NCBI GenBank assembly: GCA_030324005.1
Contig: JARDVH010000059.1
Location: 86,662,370-86,726,369, forward strand
From: Negaprion brevirostris
Taxonomy: Eukaryota
Direction: 5' to 3'
Length of the DNA: 64,000 nucleotides
The notes under the pieces were generated by a model that saw nothing but the letters and a program-made list of their open reading frames with translations, did no database searches and had not been told where the DNA came from. Shown one piece after another: positions 38,281-50,035 of this stretch; within the stretch, counting starts at the first letter, position 1, and the number at the start of each line of letters is the position of its first letter. Position numbers and translations under genes: made by a program.

Positions 38281-38713
38281 TAAAGACACGTTACCACAAA
38301 TTGACCCTGGCTGAGCAGTAAGCAGGGCAGTAAGATCCATTTATCCATGAACAGTACCATGGGGGATTTGATTATACAAAATTAAATATAGTCTACTTTT
38401 CATAATTCAAAGTATTTTTGCACTAGACAAACTGTGGGGCTGTGTCATTTGATTTCACCCTTGCCTCCCTGGTTGTTCCCACTGCATCTCCAGCAGTAGT
38501 CTCTCTTCCAGCTCATGTATCTATAAAATCATCTACATATCTGTCCTTGACTCCTCGCCTATTCCTCGTCCCTATGCAGGGGTAAATCTTCAATTTGCCA
38601 GCCAATTGTGAAACTGCTCATCATTACGGAAACCCATTACTTTTCTTAATTTCTGTTTTCAAAACCCGTTTCTCATTTTCGTTTGGAAATGCAAATCAGG
38701 CAGTTCATGCGAT

Positions 38714-38846
38714 AGGTGGCACGGTGGCACATGGTTAGCACTGCTGTCTCACAATGCCAGGGACTCGGATTCGATTCCCAACTTGGGTCACTGTCTGTGT
38801 GGAGTCTGCATGTTCTCCCTGTGTCAGTGTGGGTTTCCTCCAGGTG
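38714..38846 (+). mobile_element. HE1 SINE 5' part (runs into a gap)
   Basis: tRNA head and V core. Confidence 0.8.
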
Positions 38847-39179
38847 NNNNNNNNNNNNNNNNNNNNNNNNNNNNNNNNNNNNNNNNNNNNNNNNNNNNNN
38901 NNNNNNNNNNNNNNNNNNNNNNNNNNNNNNNNNNNNNNNNNNNNNNAGGGGGCCAGGCTGGCACTGACAAGGGGCACACCCCCTCTTGCCTCTGACCTCC
39001 CGGGGAGGCCTCTTTGGCCTCTGTCCCCACCAGTGGGGTGAGTACACCTGTCTCCAGTTAGCAGCTGGAAACCCCGCAGAGAGAACCACTCTTGGCAGGG
39101 GAGGGAGATGCAAGCGGGGCAGGAGAATACCTTGCTGGACCTGCTGATGATATGGAAATTGTAATTTCCATATGATAAT

Positions 39180-40115
39180 CACCTCCATGCTGATTTCCAA
39201 TGCAGAGCTAATTGTGCTAAAAAAAAGTGCTTGGGAGACTTGAGATCAGCTGGAGCAGCACAGTCCACTGGGAGAATCCTGGCTGTAGTTCCTGGCCAAC
39301 ACAGTCTCTTGGTTCTGGAAATTCCTCCACCTGCAAGTACGATACATTCTCTGGTCTAGGTGCCTTGATAATGGCATCCATTTTTTTGGGTGCCTTGTGT
39401 AGTCCCTCACTATCAGTGACGTGGCCCAGTATTTGATCGAATCTCCAAAGAATTCACACTCCCCTTGCTCCTGCAAACCTCTGAAGGTCTTTCCTAGATT
39501 CTTTGAATGCTCTTCGTCTGTGGAGCCTGTCACCAAAACATAGTTCAGGTAGCACTGGACCCCCGATAACCCACTTAGATTTTGATTACTTGTCTTCTGG
39601 AAAATGGCTGGCACTGGCATGATGCCAAAGTAAAGATAAAGTTTATTTATTAGTCACAAGGCTTACATTAACACGACAATGAAGTTACTGTGAAATTCCC
39701 CACAGTCGCCACAGTCCGCTGCCTGTTCGGGTCAATGCACCTAACCAGCATGTCTTTCAGACTGTGGGAGGAAACCCGCACAGACATGGGGAGAATGTGC
39801 AAACTCCACACAAACAGTGACTCAAGCTGGGAATCGAACTCAGGTCTCTTATGCTGTGAAGCAGCAGTGATAACCCTCTGTCACCGTGCTGCCCACTGGT
39901 CACTGGTAGTCGAAAAGTTCCCACTTCGTGACCATCGTCAGAGGTGGGAGTCTTCTGTGGCACCCATTAGTAGATAGGCCTGTGACAGGTCCGTCTTTGC
40001 AAATTTCTTCCCTTCTGCCTCATTGAGGGGAATTGGGTATTGGTCCACACACAGCTGAGTTGATGGTGAGCTTGAAGTCCTCACAGATTCTAACAGTGCC
40101 ATCTGTTTTTAAAAC
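39180..40115 (-). mobile_element. Second Ty3/Gypsy RT relic, split by an HE1 copy
   Basis: DGTVRICEDFKLTIN (~40060-40105) and PAIFQKT..LSGVQCYLNYVLVTGSTDEEH (degenerate YLDD motif). Confidence 0.8.
39635..39895 (-). mobile_element. HE1-type V-SINE, tail B (nested in Gypsy RT)
   Basis: Reverse-strand copy. Confidence 0.85.
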
Positions 40116-40232
40116 TTCCTGATCTGAGGAAGGATATACTTGGTCTAGAGGAGGTACAGAGAAGATTCACCAGACTGATTGCTAGGTTGGTGGGGCTGAC
40201 GTATGAAAGAGTTTGCATCAGTTAGGATAATA

Positions 40233-40533
40233 TGGGCACAATTATAGCACAGTCATTAGCTGCCTCACAGTGCCAGGGACCCAGGCTTGATTCTTGGCTT
40301 CGCTCATTGTCTGTGCGGAGTCTGCATGTTCTCCCTGTGTCTGCATGGGTTTCCTTTGGGTGCTCCAGTTTCTCCCCACAGCCCAAGAGAAGTGCTGGTT
40401 AGGTGAATTGACCATGCTAAATTCTCCCTCAGTGTACCTGAACAGGCGCAGAGCCTGGCAACTAGAAAATTTTCACATTAACTTCATTGCAGCATTAATG
40501 TAAGCCTACTTGTGACTAATAAATAAACTTTTT
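40233..40533 (+). mobile_element. HE1-type V-SINE, tail B, preceded by a CR1 fragment (40115-40232)
   Basis: Core and tail B; upstream ctgaggaaggatatact..gaagattcaccagactgatt is CR1-like. Confidence 0.8.
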
Positions 40534-41164
40534 TGAAACCAGTGCAAAACACTAGGATTTACACCTGAGTGCCAAGTTGAAAATCTGCTGCATTGACTCT
40601 CGCTAAGATCCCTTGTAGATATGAGGTGGCTTCTGTTCATGAGGACACTTGTCCCTAGCACTCCGCTTACCTCCCTCAATCCTCCACCCTTACTGTGTTG
40701 TCTCATTACCTGTCAAAAATTAATTCTTAGTTGATGCTCCAATGCATCAAGTTAGAGGCACTGAAGTAATTATTTTCAGTCCTTGACACAAGATCGCCAC
40801 CTCTTTGGCCACACGTTGGGCCGCCTGTCCTGACATCTCCTCTACTGGCTGGACATTTTTTTTTCACATTAGCCTATGAAACACTTTGGAATGTTTTTCC
40901 ACATTAAAGGCACCATGTGACTAAGTTTTGACTTGTCCAATAATCCTAATGAAGCAATATAAATAGCAAAGGAAAGTAGAAATTCGGCACTAAAAGATTT
41001 GACTATTCAGACCTTTCAAATTGTAAATTTTCAATCAAGAAGTGTAAACTGCAATCATACTTCAAATATTCCGTTTTCTTTTAAGATATGATAATGACGG
41101 ACATTAATACTATGAGTGATTGCAAACAAAGAAAAATTGAATTTGTGGGTTTATGTACAAAAAT

Positions 41165-41525
41165 GGAATTTTTTTATTCATTCACGGGACACAGGCTTGC
41201 TGGCTGGCCAGCATTTATTACCCATCCCTAGCTATCTTTGGAGGGCAGTTGAGAGTCAACCACATTTCTGTGGCTCTGGGGTCATATGTAGTCCAGACCG
41301 GGTAAGGATGGCAGACTTCCTTCCCTAAAGGACATTAGTGAGTCAAATGGGTTTTTCCAAAAATCGACAATGGTTTCATGGTCATCAGTAGATTCTTAAT
41401 TCCAAATATTTTTTATTGAATTCAAATTCCACTATGGCGGGATTCAAACCCAAATCCCCAGAACATTAGCTGAGTTGCTGGGTTAATAGTCTAGCGACAA
41501 AACCACCACACCATCACCTCCCCTT
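41165..41525 (-). mobile_element. Third tRNA-SINE family, near full length
   Basis: Reverse complement of the 5552-5935 family. Confidence 0.82.
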
Positions 41526-41527
41526 GA

Positions 41528-41705
41528 ATCAGAAATAAAATGCTGGAAATGCTAATCAGGTTGTTAAGCCTCTGAAAGGTGAAAACATTGATTAATGTGT
41601 GACAAAGGTCGCATCCGAAATGTTAACATATCTTTCTCTTTCAGATGCTGATTGGCCTTGCTATGCATTTCCAGCATTTTATGCTTCTATTTCAGAGTTC
41701 CATTT
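41528..41705. mobile_element. Decayed Penelope pLTR-like inverted pair
   Basis: agaaataaaatgctggaaat versus atttccagcattttatgcttct, plus the degenerate hammerhead-like tgacaaaggtcgcatccgaaatg. Confidence 0.45.
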
Positions 41706-41897
41706 GCAACACTCCACTGTTCCAAGATTTCCCTGCGGAATGAAACCCTTAAAGCAAGTCTGTGCAGATGTTTGTGATAGTGGGGTAATGGAAATAAAAC
41801 AAAAAAAATTGCATATCAAAAAATGTATTGTGTTTGAAGATATATTCCTTTTAACAATGCCATTTTGTTTTTGTTGCTATTTTGTGTTTCCCGTTAG

Positions 41898-42329
41898 GTT
41901 CACATGGGAACGCATATGTGGAATAACGCTCCGGCAAGACGAGGGCGTCGTCTGTCAGTGGAGAACCCAATGGCTTTACTAGGTGGTGATGCTATGAAGT
42001 TCTCAGAGATCTTTCAAAAGGATTTGGCAGCTCGGGCGATGAATGTTGACGCAACATTCTGGAACCAGTATGCTGCTGCCATTACGAATGGTCTAGCCTT
42101 GAAAAATAACGAGATTTCTGTTATACAGAATGGAGGCATTCCTCAGCTCCCCGTTAGCCTGGGGGGCAGTGGTATCCCGGCTTTAACTAACGCAACCAGC
42201 GGAATGGACAGGGTTCGCCCAGGCAGCAGTCCGCCTGTCGCTGGGCTGGAGAAACCAAGCACAGAAGGAGGAACAAATCGGCCATTCGCTAGATTTATTG
42301 AAGATAACAAAGAAATTGGCATTAACTAA
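41898..42329 (+). CDS. sall3: Sal-like protein 3, terminal coding exon 3
   Basis: Acceptor tttgtgtttcccgttag|GTTCACATG completes the last finger (GNLK|VHMGTH). Continues [25 protein letters not shown]...[32 protein letters not shown]...[12 protein letters not shown], the SALL3 C-terminus. Confidence 0.96.
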   Translation, partial: VHMGTHMWNNAPARRGRRLSVENPMALLGGDAMKFSEIFQKDLAARAMNVDATFWNQYAAAITNGLALKNNEISVIQNGGIPQLPVSLGGSGIPALTNATSGMDRVRPGSSPPVAGLEKPSTEGGTNRPFARFIEDNKEIGIN

Positions 42330-43737
42330 AACATGGCACTCTTAAACACAAGTAACACATGGACCATTTTGAATCTTGTACCATATAATGTACAGTTTTT
42401 GGAGCATACTTCAATAGTTGTTAAGATATGACTTCAACTCCAAATACTCAGTTGTTGGTGTTTTCTTGCTCCTTTACTCATACCCAGAATCATGAGAGTT
42501 CCATATTCTGGCTATGGTTTGAGTTGTCTTGCAAGATTTGCATGGTACTACTTGTTTCAATCGTAAATTTTACAGAAAAGTACTTCAAAACTAAAAAGAA
42601 AATTGTGCGTTCATAAAATTAATAGACCCTTGATTACCATGAACAGATGAACTGTTTGGTGGATTAGGAACTGAGTGGGGCCACTGCTCTCATTTAGTTC
42701 CTTGACAACGATACTGTGAGTGGAGTCGCTAAGGGCCTGGAAACCATAAACTGACTGGAGTGTGGCTGGACAAGTGTGCTAATTGTCTTCAAATGAAGTA
42801 GAAACTTGAAATTATAATTTTGTTTTCCTTTATAAGATATCCTGCTCTTTAAAAAGAAAAAAAGGTAATTTTTTTTGTGTCCCCAGAGATGTAAACTATA
42901 AGAAAAAAAAATTGTGCTTGTCTGTACTATTTATACTGTCAAGATTATGCGGGTCAGAAAAAGTATCCAGCCCCACCCTCAATTTTGGTATTGGCAGAAA
43001 TATATGCAAGGTATATGCATATATATATAATATCTACATGTTTTTAAATTGTAGCCAGATACATGATGATGTCTGGAAGCTGTCTCACCTATGGAAACTT
43101 GTAGAGTTGTCATTTTTTAAAATATTTTTCCCAAATCCAACTGAATGCCATTGTGACCTTTTTTTTGTTGAAAAATTTAAACTGTTTTAAAGAAGCTGCT
43201 ATTTAGCCCTTTTAGGTCAGATGTGTATTTCCAACAAGAGAGGGAAATTGTTTGAACAAGTGAAATCCTCCATTAAATGAACTTTAAAAAATCTAAACTG
43301 GGACTGAATCTAAATGTATTCACTTCCAATTTCAGTTGCAGAGAGAGAACACACCCTCTTTGTTACTTAAACTGTCGAAAATCATGTGTATACTGCAGTA
43401 CTTCTTAATTTAATCTTGAAATATAATATTTCTATCCTCCCAGCCTGTTATATTTTAACATTCCTGTGTTAAATGTTATTTTCATGGACCCATTACTGAA
43501 AAACAAAGTGACGGTTCCCCCTTAGCGATGGTGCCTGCTACTCTCTTTTAATAACTAACATATTTAAGTGATCAACTGGTACATGTTTATTACTGGCCAA
43601 ACCCAGTATTAATATTTTATTAAATGGCATGGGTGGTGATGGGGTGAGTCAGGAGTCCATTTAGGATACATTTGATGCGATGGAACTCACACAGTTTAAA
43701 AACTTACTTGTACCACATAATGTGTGTGTTTTTTTTC

Positions 43738-43803
43738 AATAAAAGCACCTACTGATGTACTACAACTTTTTTTTTAGCATAGTTAACATTTTCCTAAAAT
43801 AAA
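43738..43803 (+). terminator. Candidate proximal polyadenylation signals
   Basis: AATAAA at 43738-43743 and 43798-43803 with U-rich flanks. Confidence 0.45.
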
Positions 43804-46483
43804 TCCTTTCTCTTCAGTTTCAACATAGATGTTAACTTAATTATTTCAAACTGCTTAGCATCTACATTAAAGTGGCACTGACAGGAATTTATGCAAACGT
43901 GTTAATGGGTGCGTTAAAACTGTACAAAAGGAATTGAAACCACCAGAGCCCTATATTTTTTAATTGGTCAGAAATTGTTAACAGGGCATTTTATTTGTTC
44001 CTTAAAAGCAAGTGGCAACATGGAATATTTTATTGTTATTTTCTCCAATGAAAGCCCACTTTTAAGTGTTACAATCACGGGCATTTTACTCTGGCAATCC
44101 CTACTTCGACCATCCTGCTTCCATTGTGTTTGGTGCAGCAGAATCTCAGTATGTGAGGCATAAAGGAATGCTTTTTTTTGATCCACATGCCAGTAGCTAT
44201 TTGGCTCCATTTTTCGGTGAGCATAGACAGGGGCACTTGTACACTGGAGCACATGTTTTTCGACCGCCCTGCTCTGCAGAGTCACCGGTATTTTGCACAC
44301 TTCATGGAGCCTTCACCTTCTGAGTTGACATGTTTTGGATAAGCAGAAAGCAAAGAANNNNNNNNNNNGATCACCCCCCCCCCCCCCACCCACCCCGGCT
44401 ATCGTCTCCCCCATTTGTATGCCACTATTAACCACAAGTCAGAGCATGAACTTTGCTTCAAATCCATTAAGCTTGCTGATTTAGGGTTCACTTCAGCTGG
44501 ACCTGTCACTATTATTCGACATCGTCAAGTGTAAAAGTGCATCTGGAACGGACACTGTGAACCTTCGTTTGATTGAAATGACATGATATCCACTTCACTT
44601 GCAGCCGGTCACCTTCAAATGTGGGCAGTAACTCTGAACTACAGCTCAGTTCCCAGCGGCAACCATTGCTGTTATTACTGCGCCCATCTTTCAGAGAGTT
44701 AGCAGTGCCCAGGCGCAGAGAAGCGTGAGTGTAAAATTGTGTTCAGTTCCATGGGTTGAGAACGTAATTACGTATTCCCCTATGGAGCAATCAGTTACTC
44801 TGATTGACAGCAAGCCCTTCCCAGAAGGTGACCATAATGCTGCCCTGCAATGGTAGTACTTTTTGAGTTTCAACCTTTTTGCATGGCACAACAGATGAGA
44901 CAAAATGAAGACCCAGAATTGAGGCAAAACAAAGTCATACAGACTTTCTTTTGTACCTGAAAAGTCTTCTGACATCATTAAACCCCTTGTAAATGTGATC
45001 TTTGTACCAGTTGATCATTAGGAGGGTGTAACTCCACCTGAAAATAATGTAACTGAATATAGTAGCACAAACACAAAGTGGGAAGTCCCATTTTGCACTC
45101 ACAGTGATCTTTCCCATTAAAATTATTGACTGGAGGAATTTCACATCAAACCCATTTGTATAATTTGAAGTCCGTATTGAAGCTGGGCTATGTAAAATAC
45201 CTTGCACCTTATGATATGACTGAGATGAGTAAAAGAGATTTGTGCAAACATTTTTTTTGACCTTTTTAAACACAGCAAATTTAGAACTGAACAACAAAAT
45301 TTCCGTAGCCTAAAAACAAGTATTAAATGTAAGATAAGAAGACATATGTCATGAATTTGATGAAAGTGTTGTAAACTTTCCTTATTTTTTAAAGCGCTGG
45401 AAAATCCATTCAGACTGGCTAATTGTCTTCTCGGTATGCTTTGGGTATCAAGCACAACTGTCCTTAATGGTAAAAGAGTGACCCAACCATTGATCATTTG
45501 TCAATGGTGCACCATAGTAAGAAGTCTGGCGATGTTTTTAATCTACATTATTATTAAGCTAGTAAATTGGGATGGGTGGAGCTTAATCAAAACTTGAACT
45601 AACAGTAACCGTTTCGTGTACAGTACTACCTCATTTTTTTTGCATTGGAAGCACGGTGGACAGTGGTGTTAAAAACTTCCATTTGTATTGAAACTGTTTT
45701 TGAAGAGATATTGCAATACAGATTGGGCAAAAGACATGGTAATCACATGGTGGAGTTGCATGGCGGGTATTTTGAATGGACTGAAAGTGGGACAATCTAC
45801 TTATTGGGAAAAAAAGAATTTAGGGTTCACTTAAGGAACATTTATATTAAAAAAAATCACTTTAGGTGGTTGTTTCAGCCATCTTGTCATTATCAACCAA
45901 CATGAAGAGATACGACTGATCCTAGAAGAGCTGTTTTTTGCCCCCCGTTAAAGCTATTGTATTACCACAAGGGGAGTTGTTCCGATAGTGAGAACAATGC
46001 ATCAATCCTGTGTTACTTCCACCTTTGAAGCACTAAGTGTGAGCGATTTGGGAACCTTTTAAGAGCATAAATAAAATGAAACAAAGCAAGTTGTAAGGTG
46101 GCTTAACGTTGCTGTATTTTCAGCAGTTGAATGTTTTATTTATCTGTGTCATTTTTTTGGTGTGAATTTTTGTTAGCCAAATGTTAGCATTTGGTACCAT
46201 GTAGTGTTCTGTCCATAAGGATCTGTAACTTAAGACTTCTAAAGCAATGTAAATAGGGCAGTAGGTAGACAGAACCCTTTTGTATTCAGGTACTGGTTGT
46301 TCCTCTCTACATGGTGAAGAGAGACACTATTTTTATACTGCGATACCATGTAGGGCTGGGAAACCAACCTGAACCAGTTGGGAATTGTTACCTATATCCA
46401 ATATTTTTATTAAACCTTGTTGGCTTGACACATCTACTGATTGAAATGGATGTCTTAGTCTAGGTTACTATTTTGTCATATGG

Positions 46484-46706
46484 AATAAATAAAAAAAAAT
46501 GCACGAGAAAAACAGGATATGATTTGCAAGGTAAAAGTGTTTTTTTCTTTCCTGACCTGTCAATTTTCAAAACCAGAATACTGGCATAGAAGTTTGTGGT
46601 TTATGATGATGTCCTTCTAAACAACATGTCAATGAGAGTATTTAACCCTGCAGTATCCTTTTTTTTGAACGGAACTTGATGTAAGTGTTACCTAATTTAA
46701 AATAAA
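46484..46706 (+). terminator. Candidate distal polyadenylation signals
   Basis: AATAAA at 46484-46489 and 46701-46706 (the latter followed by ATTAAA), near the end of the TE-free block. Confidence 0.45.
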
Positions 46707-47229
46707 CTATTAAATGTGAATTATTAAATGACCTGCTGGGGGTTAAAATGGGAGAATCGTTCGTTGGTTAATTTCTTAACTTGTGAGCAAGAGCGTTACT
46801 TTGACAATAGAGATGCTATACTTTATGTAATTTGTGTTTATGAAGCAATAACTCTTTAAAGACAATTTCTGGGGAGCTACCTATGTCACTGGCACTTTAG
46901 CAAAGGTTTGAATCACAAGATCCCATTCCTGCGAAAGTTCGCTTTGATTCCTCTATCAATATTAAGTACATGCACCAATGCACTGCTACAGATTTCGTAG
47001 GTCATCTTTCCCTATTGTCTTAAACAGTGGCATATAATGTTTGGGAAATTTGAAAGATTTGTAATCTAAATCCCCCATAGAGTCATTGGACAATACAGCA
47101 TGGAAACAGTCCTTTTGGCCCAACTGGTCCACGCCGACCATTTCAGTAAAAGTGAAAGTTTCCACACAAAGCAATATTCCTATCTTTAAAATTGCTGTGT
47201 AAGTTGCAGTGAAGCAACAAAAGATCATT

Positions 47230-47520
47230 TCATAGAAACATAGAAGATAGGAACAGGAGGAGGCCATTTGGCCCTTCAAGTCTGCTCCACCATTCATCAC
47301 TATCATGGCTGACCATCCAACTCAATCCTGCTTTCTCCTCATAACCTTTGACCCCATTCACCCCAAGTGCTATATCCAGCCACCTCATGAATACATTCAG
47401 TGTTTTGGCATCAACTATTTCCTTTGGTAAAGAATTCCACAGGCTCACCCTATGAAATGACTCTTCATCTCCGTCCTAAATGGTCTACCCCGAATCCTCA
47501 GACTGTGACCCTGCTCCTGC
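47230..47520 (-). mobile_element. CR1/HER1 LINE 3' fragment
   Basis: catagaaacatagaagataggaacaggaggaggccatttggccc..; minus translation SLWNSLPKEIVDAKTLNVF. Confidence 0.82.
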
Positions 47521-48430
47521 ACCCATTTGGGGAGGGGAAAATAAATCACGCCGTTCCTCCTGATTTATTGACACTATTTTCAACATTATATCAATGATTA
47601 TTAACAATGCTTTGGGTACTTTGTACTACATTTAGCATTTGTGTTATATGCCGATTGATATCCGACTCTGAATAGTAAAACAGTGTGCTTTTCAGTCTGA
47701 CTGAACTGAAGTAAAATTCCAACTGAGGATAAATGCCTCTTGGATGTGGGCAAGATGAGGAATGTACAAAATGCCGGGACATCACTTTCACTTTATTCCA
47801 TTTTCTGGACCAGTGAGATGAAAGGCAAAGGGGAGAAAAAAGAATTTGTGTCACGGCTAGAAGCAAAATGGCCTAATGTATTTCCAATACTGGAGGTGGA
47901 TTGAATAACTCGCAACTGAAGTTGAAAGTAAGTTTAGTCAGCATCAGCAGTGAAAATACTAATTACATCTCAATGCTTCTGTGGGGTATGCTAAGTATAT
48001 CCCAAATTTAAAAGGCAACATCTCCTTTGGAGAAACCACATGGGATATAGTGCATGAACTCTCCCATTCATACGGCGACTTAGAAGTAACTGAAGATGTA
48101 GGGAAGCTAAGAAAACTTTAGATGACAAAATGTGGGTTCAAATGACAACTATCTGAAAAGCACAGAAATATGTTACTAAATGTATTTTTTCTCTTGGATG
48201 GCAGGGGAGGGAGCCTTTGTGAATGCTTACAACTGTAGTACCTGTAGGAAGTATTTTAATTCACTTGAATCAGAATAGCTAAATGAGAACGGATTGTCTT
48301 TCATAAGCAGAGAACAATAGCATGTCCCAGTCTTACAGTTATCTGTGTACAATGGTGCACAGCAAGCAGTGCTGAGTTGTGGAGGCAGATTTTAACTCTG
48401 CGAGTGTTAACGGTTCAAGTGAGTTAACTT

Positions 48431-48665
48431 TCACCTTTCTTATTCTTTTGGCTAAGATCAGGCATCAGATCAAGCCTAAGATCAGGTGCAATGCCTTTTC
48501 TTGTTAGCATGGATATTGTATGTCTCTCTTATGGGGACCCATGAATTGGATTCAATTTGAATTTGTACTTTATTTTGGAGCAAGCAAGAAGATGGATTAA
48601 AGGCTGTCCACTCTGCATATTAACTTTGCAACTTTTAAGATTGGAGTTATTGTTTTTAAAAGAAC
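48431..48665 (+). pseudogene. U2 snRNA-derived retroposed sequence (pseudogene or SINEU-like element)
   Basis: Collinear U2 blocks: CTTTTGGCTAAGATCA, stem IIb gtctc..gggac (48522-48538), Sm-like ATTTTGGAGCA (48572), AGATGGA, GTCCACTC (48606), TTGCA (48626). Flanked by the 15-bp direct repeat gagttaact(t/c)tcacc. Confidence 0.75.
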
Positions 48666-48684
48666 GAGTTAACTCTCACCCATA

Positions 48685-48809
48685 GGCTGCGATTCTCCAC
48701 TTCTCCCCAACTCCCAGCGAAAATGAAGAATTTGGCACTCAGCCAAACCTCCATTCATAGCAGCAGGACCAGAGAATCCCAGCCGTGGGTGAGGTCAGAG
48801 AATTCTGGC
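48685..48809. mobile_element. ~125-bp MITE
   Basis: ggctgcgattctcc ... agagaattctggc; homolog of 27369-27497. Confidence 0.65.
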
Positions 48810-48888
48810 AATCGTGTTAACTGCACCAAACTCAGGAAANNNNNNNNNNNNNNNNNNNNNNNNNNNNNNNNNNNNNNNNNNNNNNNNN

Positions 48889-49100
48889 GCACATTCTCCC
48901 CATGCCTGCTTGGGTTTTCTCTGAGCACTCTGGTTTCCTCCCACAGTCCAAAGACATGCTGGTTGGCTGCATTGGCCATACTTAATTTTCTCTCAGTGTA
49001 GCCGAACAGGTGCCAGAGTGTGGCGACTGGGGGATTTTCAGAATAACTTTATTGCAGTGTTAATGTAAGCCTAGTTATGACACTAATGAATAAACTTTAA
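48889..49100 (+). mobile_element. HE1-type V-SINE, tail B (5' end in a gap)
   Basis: Core and tail B. Confidence 0.83.
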
Positions 49101-49494
49101 AAACAAATCCCAGCTCATACTTCACCCATGAACATTCAAATGTCATTTTTTTTAAAAATGTGAGCAAAAAACCAACTGGACATTTGTTTGTTAACACTGA
49201 AAAATAATTACTTCCTCACGGTGGCCTGTCAAAATTCAATGCATCATTTATTAGCCAATTAATCCTTCAAGTTATGCTAATCCTTTTCTATTGGGATGAT
49301 GTATCAACTATATCACACCAAAAATGCACAATAAATAATTTTCATACAAAACTAAATCAATGACATGACACAGATTTGGAATGATGCCTTGCATGATCAC
49401 ATAATCTAGTTTTTAGATTGGCACATCGACTCCAATTAAATGCCAATTTGAATTTCAATGGAATATAATTCAAATCCTTAACAAACATGAAAAG

Positions 49495-49665
49495 CTTTAA
49501 AGTTTATTTATTAGAGTCAGACATAGACTTACATTAACACTGCAATGAAGTTACAGTGAAAATCGCCACACTCCAGCCCTGTTTGGGTACACTGAGGGAA
49601 AACTTAGCATGGTCAATGCATCTAACCAGCACGTCTTTCAGACTGTGGAAGGAAACCAGAGCGCC
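49495..49665 (-). mobile_element. HE1-type tail-B 3' half
   Basis: tttatttattag..acattaacactgcaatgaagttac..tagcatggtcaatgca. Confidence 0.8.
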
Positions 49666-49805
49666 AGTGAAAAGTATTGTTTCTTGCACGCTATACAACA
49701 AAACACACTGTTCATAGAGAAGGAAACAAGAGAGTGCAGAATGTAGCTCATAGCTAGGGTGTAGAGAAAGATCAACTTAATGCGAGGTCAATGCATTCAA
49801 AAGTT
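49666..49805 (-). mobile_element. LINE 3' fragment, possibly Rex1/Babar type
   Basis: gtgaaaagtattgtttcttgc..gttcatagagaaggaaac..gctagggtgtagagaaagatcaac resembles a recalled shark LINE 3' end. Confidence 0.4.
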
Positions 49806-49811
49806 CATTCA

Positions 49812-50035
49812 AAAGAGGGTGGTTATGTCTGGAACCAGCTGACTGAGGTAGTAGTAGAGGTGGGTACAATTTTGCCTTTTAAAAAGCATTTAGATAGTTA
49901 CATGGGTAAGATGGGAATTGAGTGATATGGGCCAAAAGCAGACCATTGGGACTAGCTAAGTGGTTAAAAAAAGGGTGGCATAAACAAGTTGGGCCGAAGG
50001 ACCTGTTTCCATGCTGTAAACCTCTCTGACTCTAA
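49812..50035 (+). mobile_element. CR1 LINE 3' fragment
   Basis: gagggtggtt..tggaaccagctg..gcatttagatagttacatg..gttgggccgaaggacctgtttccatgctgt. Confidence 0.8.

Larger units (their letters stand above)
21655..41897 (+). other. sall3 intron 2 (20243 nt, GT-AG)
   Basis: Bounded by the donor and acceptor above; joining gives a continuous C2H2 finger. Confidence 0.93.
42330..46730 (+). other. Putative long sall3 3' UTR
   Basis: AT/U-rich, no recognisable TE after the stop codon until about 47080; several AATAAA hexamers. The 3' end is inferred. Confidence 0.55.

Noticed and set aside
41599-41982. 127-aa ORF overlapping exon 3
   Set aside because: Different frame from sall3; consists of intron, repeat remnant and polypyrimidine tract.
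18212-42329. Assignment as sall1 or sall4
   Set aside because: KWSDF in the C2HC finger, the [14 protein letters not shown] cluster 3, the TPKQHNC motif and the [10 protein letters not shown]-terminus fit SALL3.
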